In this document: positions 46,970-60,602 of the stretch, one piece after another
How the letters are laid out: each line of letters begins with the position of its first letter
How positions within the stretch are numbered: position 1 is the stretch's first letter
Source of the DNA: Azolla caroliniana
Taxonomy: Eukaryota; Plantae; Polypodiophyta
Direction of reading: 5' to 3'
NCBI GenBank assembly: GCA_043228905.1
Contig: JBHGNT010000003.1
Location: 124,001-188,000 of the forward strand
Length of the DNA: 64,000 nt
The notes under the pieces: generated by a model
Database searches by the model: none
Told to the model about the DNA's origin: nothing
Seen by the model: only the letters and a program-made list of their open reading frames with translations
Program-made: the position numbers and the translations under genes

Positions 46970-49900
46970 GTAACATACTGATAGTTTGCAGTCTGTGGAC
47001 TGTCGTGGTTTTTCCCGTGTTTGGGTTTTCCACGTAAACATCATGTGTACTCTTCTCTTTACTGTGTCCTGCGTACATTATCCGTTTTTCTTTGTTTGAT
47101 CCTACACTCTGTTGTGGCCGAGCGTGGTTTGCGGAGCGTGTAATCCTTTCAAACTGGTATCAGAGCGAAACGACACAGCAAAATGGACGATTCGTTGGGA
47201 GGCATGTTCAAGCTCACCGGCTCCAACTATTCGGTATGGAAGTTGAAGATGAGGGACATGCTCGTGGTTAAAGATCTTTGGTTGCCGGTTCAGTTCAGGG
47301 ACAAGAGACCGGACAAAATCGACGCCACGATATGGGAGGTGATGCACATGAAGACAACGGCGTACATACGGTGCTTCATCGACATGAGTCTATACAACAA
47401 CTTCAATGAAGAGAGCAAGGCTCATGAGCTCTGCGAGAAGATCGGCATTATGTTTCAGAACAAAAATGTTGTTAATCAGGTTTCGGTATTTCGGAAGCTA
47501 GTAAGACTCTGGTACCAAGATGGGTCCAGTATGGCGGAGCACATGAATGCCTTCCAGGGGCTGATCCACCAAGCAACATCATTCGAAGTACCTCTCGCCG
47601 ATGAGGTACTAGCACTACTCCTGCTCGGTTCCCTCCCAGATAGCTGGGAGACGTTGGTTGTCACTTTGGGCAACGCCAGGCCGGAAGGGAAACGGTTATC
47701 CCTGGCAAGAGTGAAGTCGAGCTTGCTAGATGAGGAGGCGCGTTGGAAAGACAAGGATATGAACTCTGACTCCAAAGCGCTCATTACCGAATCGGAACGC
47801 GGAAGACAAAGGAACCGTAGTCCCCAGAACCGGGAGAAGTCGGGGACACGGTCAAAGTCAAGGGGGAGGCCTACCTGCTTCTATTGCGGCAAGCCGGGAC
47901 ACTCAACCGGTGATCACGGTTGTGTCTGGATGGGGAATGAAGGTACATGCCGAATTGTCGGCATAGGAAACGTGTGGCTGGCAACCCACCAGATGCAAGA
48001 TGCTGTTGAAGGATGTCCGACACATTCCGGAGGTTCGTCCGAACTTGATATTAGCCGGTCAGCTAGATGATGAAGGCTACACGGGTAGCATCCGGAACGG
48101 TGTTATGAAGTTCAGCAAAGGGAGCCTGATTGTGGCTCGGGCCCGGAAGGTAAACACGTTGTACCTGATGAATGCTCGGTTATGTCCGGAGGAAGTGAAC
48201 GTGGCATCCGACACTGCCGATGAGCTATGGCACAAAAGGCTGTGTCACATGAGCGAGAAGGGGATGAAGAGGCTTGCAGACGACAACCTCATTCCAGTGA
48301 AGAACGTGCACTTGGAGAAGTGCACTGATTGTCTGGCCAGTAAACAAAACCGGACCTCCTTCCGATCAAGGCCACCAATGAGACGTAATGCACCACTGGA
48401 GTTGGTGCATACCAATGTATGTCAAGTGGACACAAAGTCACATGCCGGATCGCAGTACTTCGTGATGTTCATAGATGACCACAGCCGGAAGCTAAGGGCC
48501 ACACCGTTGAAGACGAAGGATCAGGTGTTATCCGTGTTCAAAGAACTCCACGCGAGAGTGGAAAGAGAAACCGGCCGGAAGCTGAAGGCGGTTCGAGCAG
48601 ATAACGGAGGTGAATACAGGGGGCAGTTCGAGGAGTATTGTCGCTCGAAGGGAATCCGGCTCGAATTTACCGTGCCGAAGACGCCGGAACTAAATGGGCT
48701 GGCCGAGAGGATGAACCGGACCATAATGGAGAGGGTGCGGAGTATGCTGGTGCATGCAAAATTACCCAAGACGTTTTGGGCTGAGGCGTTATCGACAACG
48801 ACGTATGTGATAAACAGATCACCCTCAATGCCCTTGGATGGAGACACGCCGCAAAAGGTGTGGACCGGTAAGGAAGTGTCCTACCGGCATCTGAAGGTGT
48901 TCGGGTGTCTCGTGTACGTGCATGTTGCTAAGGACCGGAGAGGAAAGTTGGATCTAAAGACCCGGCCATGCATATTCCTCAGATACGGCGATGACGAGTT
49001 TGGCTACTAAGTGTGGGATCCAGTTGACAAGAAGGCTTTCCGGAGCCAAGATATTATCTTCATGGAGGACAAGACTCTTGCCGACTGGGAGTTGGAGAAG
49101 AAGATAATGAACTCCGATGACATTCGGACACACCCGGCTAAGAGCCGGTTGACACTCGAGGAACCAGTCGGTTACGGTGAGGATACCGAACCAGTAGAAG
49201 AAGAAGTAGAGGAAGCTGAAATCGGAACCGGCCAAGACCCCGAATCGGATTCAGATGAAGAACAAATAGTGGAGCCGGTTGCCGAAGGCCAAAGACGGAG
49301 ATATCCTCTGAAAGAGAGAAGGGCCCCCCAGAGATTTCCGGATGTAAAGCATGTGCTGTTGTCCGATGAGGGAGAGCCGGAAAGCTTCCAAGAAGCGAAG
49401 GATGACACCCACAGTCGCAAATGGTTAAGTGCTATGCAGGATGAGATGGATTCCCTACATGAGAACCATACGTACGAATTGGTGGAGTTGCCGAAAGGAA
49501 AGCGGGCACTCCGAAACAAGTGGGTGTAAAAGTTGAAACTGGGAGATGTCGGCAACCCCCCGAGATACAAAGCCAGGATCGTGGTGAAGGGGTTCCAGCA
49601 GAAGAAGGGCGTGGACTTCGACGAGATATTTACCCCGGTAGTAAAGATGACCTCCATCCGGACGGTGTTGAGTATAGCGGCAAGCATGGACCTCGAGGTA
49701 GAGCAGTTGGACGTGAAGACGGCATTCCTTCACGATGACCTCGAAGAGGAGATCTACATGCAACAACCGGAAGGATTTGTGGAGAAAGGGAAGGAGCACC
49801 TGGTTTGCCGATTGAAGAAGAGCCTGTACGGACTGAAGCAGGCTCCCCGACAATGGTACCGAAAGTTCGACTCCTTCATGACCGATCAAGGGTACCACAA

Positions 49901-51548
49901 GACGCAGGCCGATCACTACGTGTTTGTGAAGAAGTTCGAAGGAAGAAACTTCCTGATACTCCTTCTGTACGTGGACGACATGTTGATCGTTGGACGGGAC
50001 GAAGCCAAAATACGGATGCTGAAGAAGGCTCTCAATCGAACCTTCGCAATGAAAGACTTGGGCCCGGCAAGATAGATACTGGGGATGCACATCATCCGGG
50101 ACCAGTCAAAGAAGCAATTGTGGTTGTCACAGGAGAAATACGTGACAAAGGTGCTTCAACGGTTCAAAATGTTAGAAGCAAAACCGATCGAATCGACACT
50201 CCCGGAAAACTGCAGACTATCCGGTAAGCAAAGCCCGAAGACGAAAGCAGAGAAGGCTGATATGATGAAGGTTCCATATGTCTCTACCGTCGGGAGCTTG
50301 ATGTACGCAATGGTGTGTACTCGGCCGGATATTGGATACACAGTGCGAGTGGTGAGCCGGTTTATGAGCAATCCCGGCAAGGAGCACTGGAACGCGGTCA
50401 AATGGATACTCCGGTACTTGAAGGGCACTTCAAATATGTGTCTCCGATTTGGCTCCGGTAAACCTCAACTTGACGGTTTTACCGATTCAGACATGTCGGC
50501 TGATGTGGATACCAGCCGGTCTACATCCGGGTATGTAATGACATATGCAGGGGGAGCTGTTTCGTGGCAGTCGAGGCTGCAGAAGACGATTGCATTGTCA
50601 ACCACAGAGGCGGAGTACATGGCGACGGTGGAAGCCGGCAAGGAAATATTATGGATGAAGGACTTCATTGGAGAGCTCGGTATCCGGCAAGATGAATATC
50701 GGCTCTATTGTGACAGTCAAAGTGCCATCCACCTTGCTAAAAACGCAATATACCATTCCAGGACGAAGCACATCCAACGTAGGTATCACTGGATCCGGGA
50801 GCGAGTAGAAGATCGAGAGTTCGCACTGACGAAGATCCACACGGCCAAGAACAGGTCAGATATGCTGACCAAAGTACTGATACCCGACAAGCTAGATGCA
50901 TGTCGAAAGCGGATCGGACTAGTACGACATCCCATGCCGGAGTGAAGGGGGATTTTGTTAGGAAACAGGTCCCTCCAGATGGGAAGTGAGAAGAACAAAG
51001 TTAATGAGCAACTCGGCAAGGATGTGGAGTACCCGGCAAGGAAGGCCCGGTGAGAACCGGATGACGAATGCCCGGCAAGTATCGGCCTCGGCCGAATCCG
51101 GATGTGGAGTACCTAGCAAGGAAGGCCCGGTGAGAATCGGATGATGAGTGCCCGGCAAGAGCCAGATGGTGAAGGATCGGTGAGAACCGGATAACAAGTG
51201 CTCGGCAAGAGCCGGATGGTGAAGGCCCAGTGAGAACCGGATGACGAGTGCCCGGCAAGAGCCAGATGGTGATGGCCCTGTGAGAACCGGATGACGAGTG
51301 TCCAGCAAGAGCCGGATGGTGAAGGCCTGGGGAGAACCGGATGACGAGTGCCCGGCAAGAGCCGGATGATGCAGGCCCGGTGAGGAGTGCTCACTGGATG
51401 AAGGGACATATTCGTAAATATGCTTCTGAGAGTCCATTGGGGCTATATTTGTAAATAGCTGAAAAGTCATATTAGTATAAATATGACTTAGGGCAAACTT
51501 AGTGTAGTGTAGTTGTCATTCTTGTTGGTGCAAGATTTGAGTGCAACC

Positions 51549-51582
<34 letters not shown>

Positions 51583-51873
51583 TGAGTGAGTGAGTGAGAG
51601 ACGAAGAGGACGTTGTCTCTGTTGTAACCGCCGCCTATGGCGAAGACAGTGAACAAGAGGTTGTTGCCTCTGTGTTCATCTATTGTATATTGTAACATAG
51701 TGATAGTTTGCAGTCTGTGGATTGCCGTGGTTTTTCCCGTGTTTGGGTTTTCCACGTAAACATCCTGTGTACTCTTCTCTTTACTGTGTCGTGCGTACAT
51801 TATCCGTTTTTCTGTGTTTGATGCTAGACTCAGTTGTGGCCGAGCGTTGTTTGCGGAGCGTGTAGTCCTTTCA
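46970..51873 (+). mobile_element. Degenerate Copia C2 (5' LTR remnant 46970-47151; 3' LTR 50956-51873 with expanded repeats)
   Basis: PBS-Met 47155-47166; deletion at ~47902 removing knuckle end and protease DSG; INT-RT-RH ORFs; 5' LTR resumes mid-LTR at GTAAC. Confidence 0.9.
51020..51400 (+). repeat. U3 tandem repeat array (39-51 bp units, core CCGGTGAGAACCGGATG) in a Copia LTR
   Basis: About 7-8 degenerate units; related arrays at 5283-5440, 9975-10130 and 46395-46510. Confidence 0.85.
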
Positions 51874-54800
51874 GACACTCTCCACCTCCACCTCCAATTC
51901 AGCTTTCCACATGTGAGGAGTATGAGGTGGACAAGATTTTGGATTCTCGTTGGCATCAACGACAACTTCAATACTTAGTCCTATGGAAAGGGTATCCCAT
52001 TTCAAAGGCAACTTGGGAACTAGCCCAACACTTGGAGAATGCACTGGATGTTGTTCATGCATTTCATCACCAATATCCACAAAAACCGGGGAGGCATCTT
52101 CGGAGGCGACCTTAGTAGGGGGATAATGTCATGGACATGACAACAGTCATGTCATGATTCTCCTTACCTATTGTATTTAATCGATATGTTTTAACCAATA
52201 CATCTGATACATAATCATGTTACTTTACTAGATTATTGTAGATTATCTATTCTACATGTAGGATTTTAGAAGCTTCCAGAAAGCTCCAGAAGCTAGAACA
52301 TTCTAGAATCTTGTGCATGAAAAGGAGTCTTTGCATGGGCTACATTTAGAGCCCATAAACATGTATAAATACAGGGGTTCACCTTGGCCTTAGTCAAGGT
52401 GAACAACACCAGTTACGGAATCATAATTCAGTTCTTGTTCTCTTGACTACTTTCTCTCTCTCTTTTTTATTATCATGTCTATGATCTCTCTCTCACTCTC
52501 TTAGTATTGAGCCTCGTCTACTTGTCCGTGACACATAGGCGATGCACTTGACTACATTGCTTCTCAGCATCTGATAAAGGCCCACAACGTTGTCTTGACT
52601 CTATTTCCATCGGAGTTGGGTCATCCCTTGTAATGGGTCTGGAAACTTGTGGAGGTGTTGCGACTACGGAAGCATAAGTCTATTCTGGTTGGCTACGTAA
52701 CATTTGTTGGCACTCAGAACATCGCTCAAATAGGCGATTATCACATCCAACAACTCGACTAATGGCCTCTGTAAGCGACTTCGGATCTTCAGGGAAAGTA
52801 AGAAGAAGATCTTTGACATCATTTCGCAAACCTTCACAGAATTGATCCATTAAGACCGCCTCATCCCAAGGGATATAGCATGCCAAGAGACAAAAATCGG
52901 TTGCATAAGCCGACGCGGGATGATCTCCTTGTTGGAGCCTTCGAATCTTGTTTATCGTTGTCCTAGTGCTATCAGTGTCTCCGAAACTAGCTTGAAACTC
53001 CTTAACAAATGCCTCGAAATCCTCCAGCAACGGCGATTTCTTCTCGAGAAATGGTGCAAACCATGCTAACGTTGTACCGCATCGCAAAATTCCCACTTAT
53101 CCCACACGCGTAGTGTCAGTTGAATATTGATTGGGTTGTAGTTGAATAACCAGACGAACTTGATTCAAAAAGCCTCGAAATAAAGACCTTGTACCATCAA
53201 ACTTGGCGGGGAGGCTAATCTTTGGTTCTTTAGGGGAGTTCTTAGCCCCTGATGCTTGTTCTCGTAATGATAATATAGTTGCCTCGAGTTGGTAAACCCG
53301 TTGTGATAATTCTTCATACTATTGAGCTTTTTCGGCGCTCACATGTTGTAGGTCTCCAAGTAGCCTTTGATTTTCATGCTCTAATGCCACAAATTTATTC
53401 GTAAGCATGTCGACCTCAAAAAGAACACACATATACTCCTGTTTGCTCACGAACTGCATAGTTTACGAGGGGAGAGGAGAAGGAAGAAGAGAACTTGTTA
53501 GGGTTTGTGGAAGAGGAAGAAATGAAATAAATTGGTTCAAACTATCAAGAGAGAGAGAGAGAAAGAAAGAAAGGGAAATATTGTATTGCAGAGTAAAATG
53601 GATTACAAGGAGTAGGCAATAGAGTGCTACAAAATGGCGTTGAACCAATTTAGGTTTGGGATGATTGATAGATCCCCATTTATAAGTAATAGAGAACACT
53701 CTAGAATATTCTAGGTCATCCTAGAATGTAGAGTAACCTAGAAGGTTTCTAGAGTATTCTAGAATGTTCTAGTGTATAGAACACTCTAGAATATTCTAGG
53801 TTATTCTAGAATGTAGAGTAATATAGAATATTCCTATGATATTAGATTATATATACTAAAACTATATATATGAGAATATTAATACAATTGTTAAGGATTT
53901 GACATGTGTACAACAAGGTTGTGGGTTCAAATCTTTTTGAGGCATGATGTGAGTGTCATCATGACACCCACTTGTGGAGTTTTACCTCTTCCTTGGGAAG
54001 ATCGTTTGTTGGCTATTAGAATTCGTCAATTAGTAAATAGGCCGAACGACATAGCTGAAACTACCAGGAAACAACAAGAAGTTCAATTGAAGAATAAGGA
54101 TCGATTTGACAAGAGACATTGACTTCAGAATATTCCCAGTAAAAAGGGACATTGGGTTTTGGTGTTTGATAGTAGTTTCGAACATCAGCACAAATCTATT
54201 CGAAAATTCTCTCATCGATGGTTTGGGTCGTATCAAGTGGTAGAAGTCCGGTGAAATGGAACATATATTTTATCAGAATTTGATGGAACTCTTCATCGAA
54301 TTCTGATTGTTGGTAAACGGATTAAACTCTTTAAACAAAGAGCCTCTCTTGTTCCTGACATTTTGCAGGATGTAGGATTAGTGGAAGCTAATTCAAATTG
54401 GGAAGAAGATGTTGAAGAAGAGGTGGTTCATGAAGTGGCAGCTACAAATATCCAATTAGAAGCGGTAACGGTAGTTTCTTCATAGGATACTGGTCTAGAA
54501 GAGAATGTAAATGACGACTTAGCTTTTCGATTAGAGGGGGTGAAGATGACTCTCGTGTCAATTCCGGAATTGAATGAAGATGATTGGTGTGCATTAGTTG
54601 TTCAAATAAAGGGAAAGAGGAATTTGGATGAATTTTCTCCACTTGGCACATACCGGACAATGTGTAGGTTAGGAGGGGGTGCATGTTGTAAAGGGATGCG
54701 ACCGACTGGTGCCACAGCGATTCCACACTTGCCTCAGCTACAACCACGCATCCCGACTTGGTTCGGTGACCCAACACTCCTTGGAGATCCACCTGATTCG

Positions 54801-56207
54801 ACTCATTGGAATTCATTTAAATTCTAGACTCAAATTTCTTTACTAGTATTGTTATTAGATATTTATCTGCATTATTTTATTGGAATAAATATTGTATAGT
54901 CGAAACCATGTAATGTATTGCATGCGCACCACATAACGCACACGCACATATCTCGTAAAGCGTTTTTCGGCAATAGAATTTCTCTTTTTTTACATTCTTT
55001 CTTTTTCCGCGTAATAGGATTAGCTACGCAAGCCATTTCGCTTATAACTCTCAACTCTGACGCCATTTTTTGACATTCTATAGCTCGTTTGAAATCTCCT
55101 TCTGAGGGCTTTCCAACAAGTGTCTGCACGATTAACTTGGTTACGTCTGCGAAATGTTACAAGGATTTTTGTCTTCATGGGTAGGGTTGGAAGCTGCACG
55201 TGGCTACTAGGATACTTTCGGCTCAATTGTTGATTCAATCCTATTCTTCCCTTCCTTCCTTGCTCTCCTGGTTCAGAACCCCAACGGTTTCGCCCGGACA
55301 CGCAAATTTCTTCAACACGACAACGAGACAATGTAGTTATTGGAGCATAGGGAATATTTGAGAGAGCTAGAGCTGCTCCTCATCAACCTACATCTTGACA
55401 TCATCAAGGTAAGCAAAACAAACCAAGTCGAAGATGTCAAGGTCGAATGTGTTGATGTATAGGAACAAGATTGAAATGTGTTCTTCAAATAGATCCCCAT
55501 CGCTCAGTAAGGGGTCAACCATGAACCCCGAGTACATGTATGAACGCAATGCGATCGAAAACTTAAGGATGATGTCGTCAAAGAATTCGCCGTGTGTGGC
55601 AACTATTGAGCAAAGAAGTGTGTTAGTTTAAAATAAGAAATGCGGTGGTGGAAGGAGGACTGACCTAGGGTTAAGAAAGAGATGGACACATGTGGAATAA
55701 TATGGCCTCCCAAAGCCTGATGAGACTGAGGGGCGGACCTCGCATCTGCATTCCACTGCGTCCATTGGAACTACATACATGCAAACCCTGACAATCGATC
55801 ACATGCAAACTCACGTCTCCTCGACCTGCTCCCCATTCATTCATTCATTCATTCATTCATTCATTACCACTGTAACCTCATGAATCATCATCATCATCAT
55901 CATCATGCTAGTACAGCTTCAACTTCTCGTTATTCCAAATCCATATAATATAAACACCAAATTCTTCTTTCAATCGCTCTTTTGCCTTGATCCTGGTGCA
56001 CATAGATCTCAAGAATATCTCCCACTCACCACTTTCAAGGTATGTATAAACAATAAAGCGGAGAGGAGAGCCAAATGTAATTCATATGCCTAAAACTATA
56101 AGAGAAGCAGCAACAGAAGGAAGAAATAAATAATTATGCATTAATCTTGTTCTCTCTCTCGGCCCCATGTTCTGCATCTTTGGCCTTAGAAGACGTTAAT
56201 ATATCTT

Positions 56208-56257
<50 letters not shown>

Positions 56258-57397
56258 CCGTTAGTCGTGTCCTCATCTCTCTCTCATTCTTCTCTCCCTC
56301 CTTTTATGGCTCAAGGAGAAAGAGAGACCGTTACATCAAGCTGTTAAGACAACCGCTTTTGTTTCTCGATTCTCTGGACCCCAAATTTCTCCCATCAATC
56401 CCCTTTATTCCTCTCCATCCATGTGGACTTAAAGTACCTATCGAATCACTTCTACCTAGTATTCCTCAACACTCAACTAACACTACTTGATATTTACACG
56501 TTTGTACATAAAGACAAATTTCGTGTGCATCCGTGCACACCCCCATTCACACACATCCGGCTACGTGTTCTTCATATGGCCGGAATTCTTCACGACACCG
56601 GGTGTTAGGTTTGGGTTTGTCTTTGATGAATTGCTTGTCGACAGCAAAGGATTCTAAACCCTTGTGCTCTGATACCATGTGAAAGTTAATGTGCGAAAGC
56701 TTAGAAAAACCGACTCAACAGGATAGCAACAGAAAATAGAACTCGGGTTTAATGGAGAGCTTGAATTACACACACACACACACACACAGTATGTGGGAGA
56801 GATAGAGAGAACAAAACAGCATAAACTCAAATTACAAAATTTTCTCTATACATACAATGTGCTCAGAGAGCACTTTTATACAAGTCCTTAAAAGGACTAG
56901 CAGAAGTATTGATAAATACTTCAATGCTCGTACTGAGCTACTGACACTAACTCCTAGGATAACTACCAAGTAGTCTAGGAGTGTAGACCTCCAACGGCTT
57001 ACCGGTTCGCATGTGGGTCTGGCTCTCCGATCTGGCCCTCCAATCTGGCACTCTTCTCTAGACACAAATCCGGCTTTGGCTTACTTAGTCGACCCAGATG
57101 AGGTTGAGCTTGTCCGCTCAACAACAACTGAGTAACGTGGATGAGTTGGTGAAGCAATTCATGGAGTGGAAGATTTCTTCCATGTCGAAGGTGCAACATA
57201 AGCCACAAGTGTGACGAACTCTTCTGACGAAGGATTTTTTATGCTTATGGTGTGACATCTTGGAGCATTGAAGATTGGAGTGTGTGGAGCATCAAGAGGC
57301 TATGCAGAAGAACCACATATTCTACAAGGATCGGTTGATCCACTCATCTGTGACTCTTCAACCACTGAAGACAAATTTTGGGTGAGGAGGAATGATA

Positions 57398-57884
57398 TGT
57401 CACGATACGGTGACATAAAATAGGATTGAATTTGCAACCTCACATCAACAATATGTCATGCTCAACCATCTTGATATGAGCATTGTATGAGATTTACTTT
57501 GTCTACATATCATTGTATAAGATATACTTGACGTAGGTATACTCTCTAGACATCTAGAAATTTCTGGAAAGTTCCAGAAGGTTCTAAACGGTTCTAGAAT
57601 TTTCTTCAAAATATTCTAATGCGTGTTCCTCAAGTCACAATATAAATACTTGTAACCTCCTTGGTCCCTTTCAAGGGATTCAACGCCATTCATTGACACA
57701 TTAATCTAGTATTCTTGTTTCATTCCATCTTGTCTCCATCTTTATCTCTATCTTCATGCTCTCATGTCACTCACAACTTCTAAAGTTACTAACCTTGTCA
57801 CTTCTAGCCCCAAGTTCATAGCCCGTCGCTTGTAGCCCCATCATCTGTGCTCCGTCTCAGTCCGTGCTTGGTATGTATGTGACA
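57398..57884 (+). mobile_element. Solo LTR family X, copy B
   Basis: Paralogue of 17513-17999 with the same TSD. Confidence 0.82.
57556..57585. promoter_or_regulatory. Perfect six-unit heat-shock element in solo LTR X
   Basis: aGAAatTTCtgGAAagTTCcaGAAggTTCt, alternating nGAAn pentamers. Confidence 0.7.
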
Positions 57885-60602
57885 TGAAAAAGCTCTTGGA
57901 GGAAGAAGAGCTTCGACATGCACAAGCTATTTTCCATTTTACTTCGGCTATTGTTCGACTAATTGAAATTCCAAAGCAAGATCCCACTATTCAAACTATT
58001 TGTATTGAAGATGGTTGTCAAAGGACTAGTTGGAATGATCCAACCATTCCCACAGATTATGATGTGATGGTAGAGGAGAAGAGGAGAAGAGAGGACGAGT
58101 TGGATCATGAATGAGTTCTGAAGAGGGCCGATTTTCATTCTCCATCCGAAAAGCAAAATTTGGACATACAAATGGCTGAACCAAAACCTGTACAGGCATC
58201 CAAGAAGTCATCTCCAGCATTCCAGATGCAAACTGAATTGGAACAAGAGGTAGATGCTTTCTCTTTCATTGAAAATTATGTTCTAAAATAACATATCTCG
58301 GTTCCATTAGGAGACTTGTCGGCGGTCTCCAACAAGGATGTAGAGGATGATTTACTGGAGAAGGTGCGAAGGAAGCGAATTTTGGTTGATACAACAATGT
58401 CTGCAAAGGAGGGTGGATGAAAAGAAGGATCTACACAAGTGCTAAAGCATGAAGATAATATTCCGATGAGCCACTTTACTCGGAATCATAAGGCTCAGGC
58501 AACTACAAAAACGAAACTACAACTTGGTGGTTTATCGGATGCAGTCATGGTTTTGATTGATATTGAGTTGGAGATCAACCTCATGTCCTTGGATGTTTAC
58601 AAGCAAGGAGGGTGGCTGATAACTTCTAATCATCATTGGAGGATTCGAGTAGCAACATAGTCATCAAAGGAGTTATCGGGAGCTTGCCCATATGTGGAGG
58701 TATCAATTGGTGGTGTAACTGTGCTTCAACATTTCTTTATTCAGGATTCAGCCACATATCTAGTTATATTGGGTCAACCCTTCATGGTTGTTGTCTGCAT
58801 GGAGACAAAGGTGTTGGATGATGGATCAGCCTATGCTAGGATCAAAGATATGGATGGTGGAAGGAGAATATAGTTTCAGACAGTTTGACTTAATCATGAA
58901 CGAAATAATGATAGTTTACATGTATCCTCTAAATTATCAAGATTTTTAGATAGGACTATTGTAAAACAGTAGTAGTCTGGGACAACAGAAGTCCCTGTAT
59001 GAGAATAATTGTTTCCGCAATAATAAAGTTTATGTTTCTTATACCAGAACAATCTCATTTTCTTCTGTTGATGATTTAAATCGTAAAAGCCTAGGAAATG
59101 TGGAAGACATTCGGGTGATGTTTTTTAAATATCAGATTCTAGAACCAGATGATCAAGTGTCAAGAGTTATGGAGGAATTATCCTTTGTGGATACCATTGG
59201 GGAGCTGGAAAATTCTTTGTATTCAAATGAAGGTCAGTCATTTTTATTCCGGCCAATTCAATGGATATGTATACTGAAATTGCAACATTTCAGAATCGGA
59301 TGGATATGGTTACTCGCGTCTGTACAAAATATAAGACACTGGATTGGAAAGTTTGACCTATAGCGGAACTTTTGCCAACTGATAGCATAGATCAACTCAA
59401 AAGAAGAAAGCAAAAACCAATGTTACAGGATCCGAGGAAGATTGTTCTTTGCAAGGAAAGCTTCAAATAGGAGGGGGTGACTTCCTCAATCGAGCTGAAG
59501 AAACCCAATTTTGGAAGATGTTATCTCAACATGGTAAATCCTTTGCTTTTTCACCTTCAAAGATAGGTTGTGTGGACCGACAACTGGTGGAGCCAATCAT
59601 TATCTTTATTGTCCCTCATATGCCTTGGAACTTGGTGCCTAGGATGATTTTGACAATGGATTCTTTTGTAATGAGATTGGTGTACAAGTGCCTAAATTTA
59701 GAGAGGAGGAATATGAAGGGGAGTTACTGCAAATTGGGAAATTCCCGCAAGCACAAGAAGGAAGCCTTGATTGGACACCAAAGGATTTTTGGCTATTCAG
59801 GAAGAAGGCTTATAGGTTTTTCTTGACAGATGGTTATCTTTGGAGGCTTGCAAAGAAAAGTTAAGGATCCTCCAACTTGAGCTATCAGTTTACAAGTTCA
59901 GAAAGATAAGATTATTTCATATTTTCATGATAGTCATTGGGTTGGACATAAAGGAGTGTTAAAACACTTTTTTGAAGATTAAGGATCGGTATTGGTGGAA
60001 AGGAATGTATGCAGATATTCAAAGGTATGTGGAATCATGCATTGAATGCTAATGTATTCTGATGATAGGGTGAGAGATGAGTTGCATCCGACGTACTCAC
60101 CTTTATTGCATTATAAGTGGATGGTGGATATAGTTCATATGCACACTAGTCGAAATCAAATGAAATACTTGGTTTTTGCTCGAGAGGATTTGTCCAACTT
60201 GGTGGAAGGAAGACCTCTCTGAAACAAGTCTACATCGGCCGTTCTAAAGTTTTTATTAGAGGAGGATGTAATTTGTAGACATGGTAATGTTGGGCAAATT
60301 GTAACAAATCGAGGGGAGCTTGATTTGCATGAGGTTCGAATGTTCTTCCAAATATTCAAGATCCGATTGACTCTGACTATTGCATATAATCCAGAGGGAA
60401 ATGGTAAAGTGGAAAGGGGCCATGGTTCAATTGTGAAAGCTTTGGTCAAAGCATGTGATGGTCGAATTTCTATGTGACATGACATGCTACCTTATGCTCT
60501 CTGGGCTGATAGATGCACTCACAACTCTGTTACGGGATTTATGCCATCAAAACTGCTTTTTGCTCAGAAGCTTATTATGTCAACAGAGCGGATGATTCCC
60601 AC

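Larger units (their letters stand above)
39024..52533 (+). mobile_element. Tcn1-like chromovirus Z nested in the Y gag knuckle (rearranged 5' LTR from 39024; 3' LTR 52127-52533)
   Basis: Perfect TSD CATAG; gag relic, protease LLDSGATTCFMD, RT YLDD (ORF 40371-42086), integrase, chromodomain EYEVDKILDSR...QYLVLWKGY...ATWE at 51874-52115; PPT AGGGGGA. Confidence 0.92.
33049..53966 (-). mobile_element. Tcn1/Tf1-sushi-like chromovirus Y (5' LTR 53543-53966; 3' LTR 33049-35354 split by a LINE)
   Basis: TSD TCTAC/CCCAC; gag EPKISLPAKFDG and RLCLYCGGLGH; protease LLDSGANSCFMD; RT, RH and INT relics; truncated chromodomain 35355-35470; PPT GGAAGGGGGA; self-complementary PBS. Confidence 0.9.
17330..55317 (+). 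mobile_element. Non-chromoviral Ty3/gypsy relic G, copy A (5'-truncated, RT/RNaseH deleted; 3' LTR 54684-55317); left boundary approximate
   Basis: Protease relic ~18570-18900; RT N-terminus ...IVPHMPW joined directly to integrase (VTDRGE, AYNPEGNGKVERGH at 32570-32911); PPT AGGAGGGGG then TGTTG...CAACA. Confidence 0.8.
16329..56274. repeat. Tandem segmental duplication, copy A (expanded by nested insertions)
   Basis: 16329 onward matches 56275 onward once insertions are removed; both copies end ...GTCGTGTCCTC; ATC microhomology at the junction. Confidence 0.92.

Noticed and set aside
55318-55630. Protein-like minus-strand reading (…EFFDDIILKFSIALRSYMYSG…) next to the G LTR
   Set aside because: Contains stops and matches no family I recognise; left unannotated
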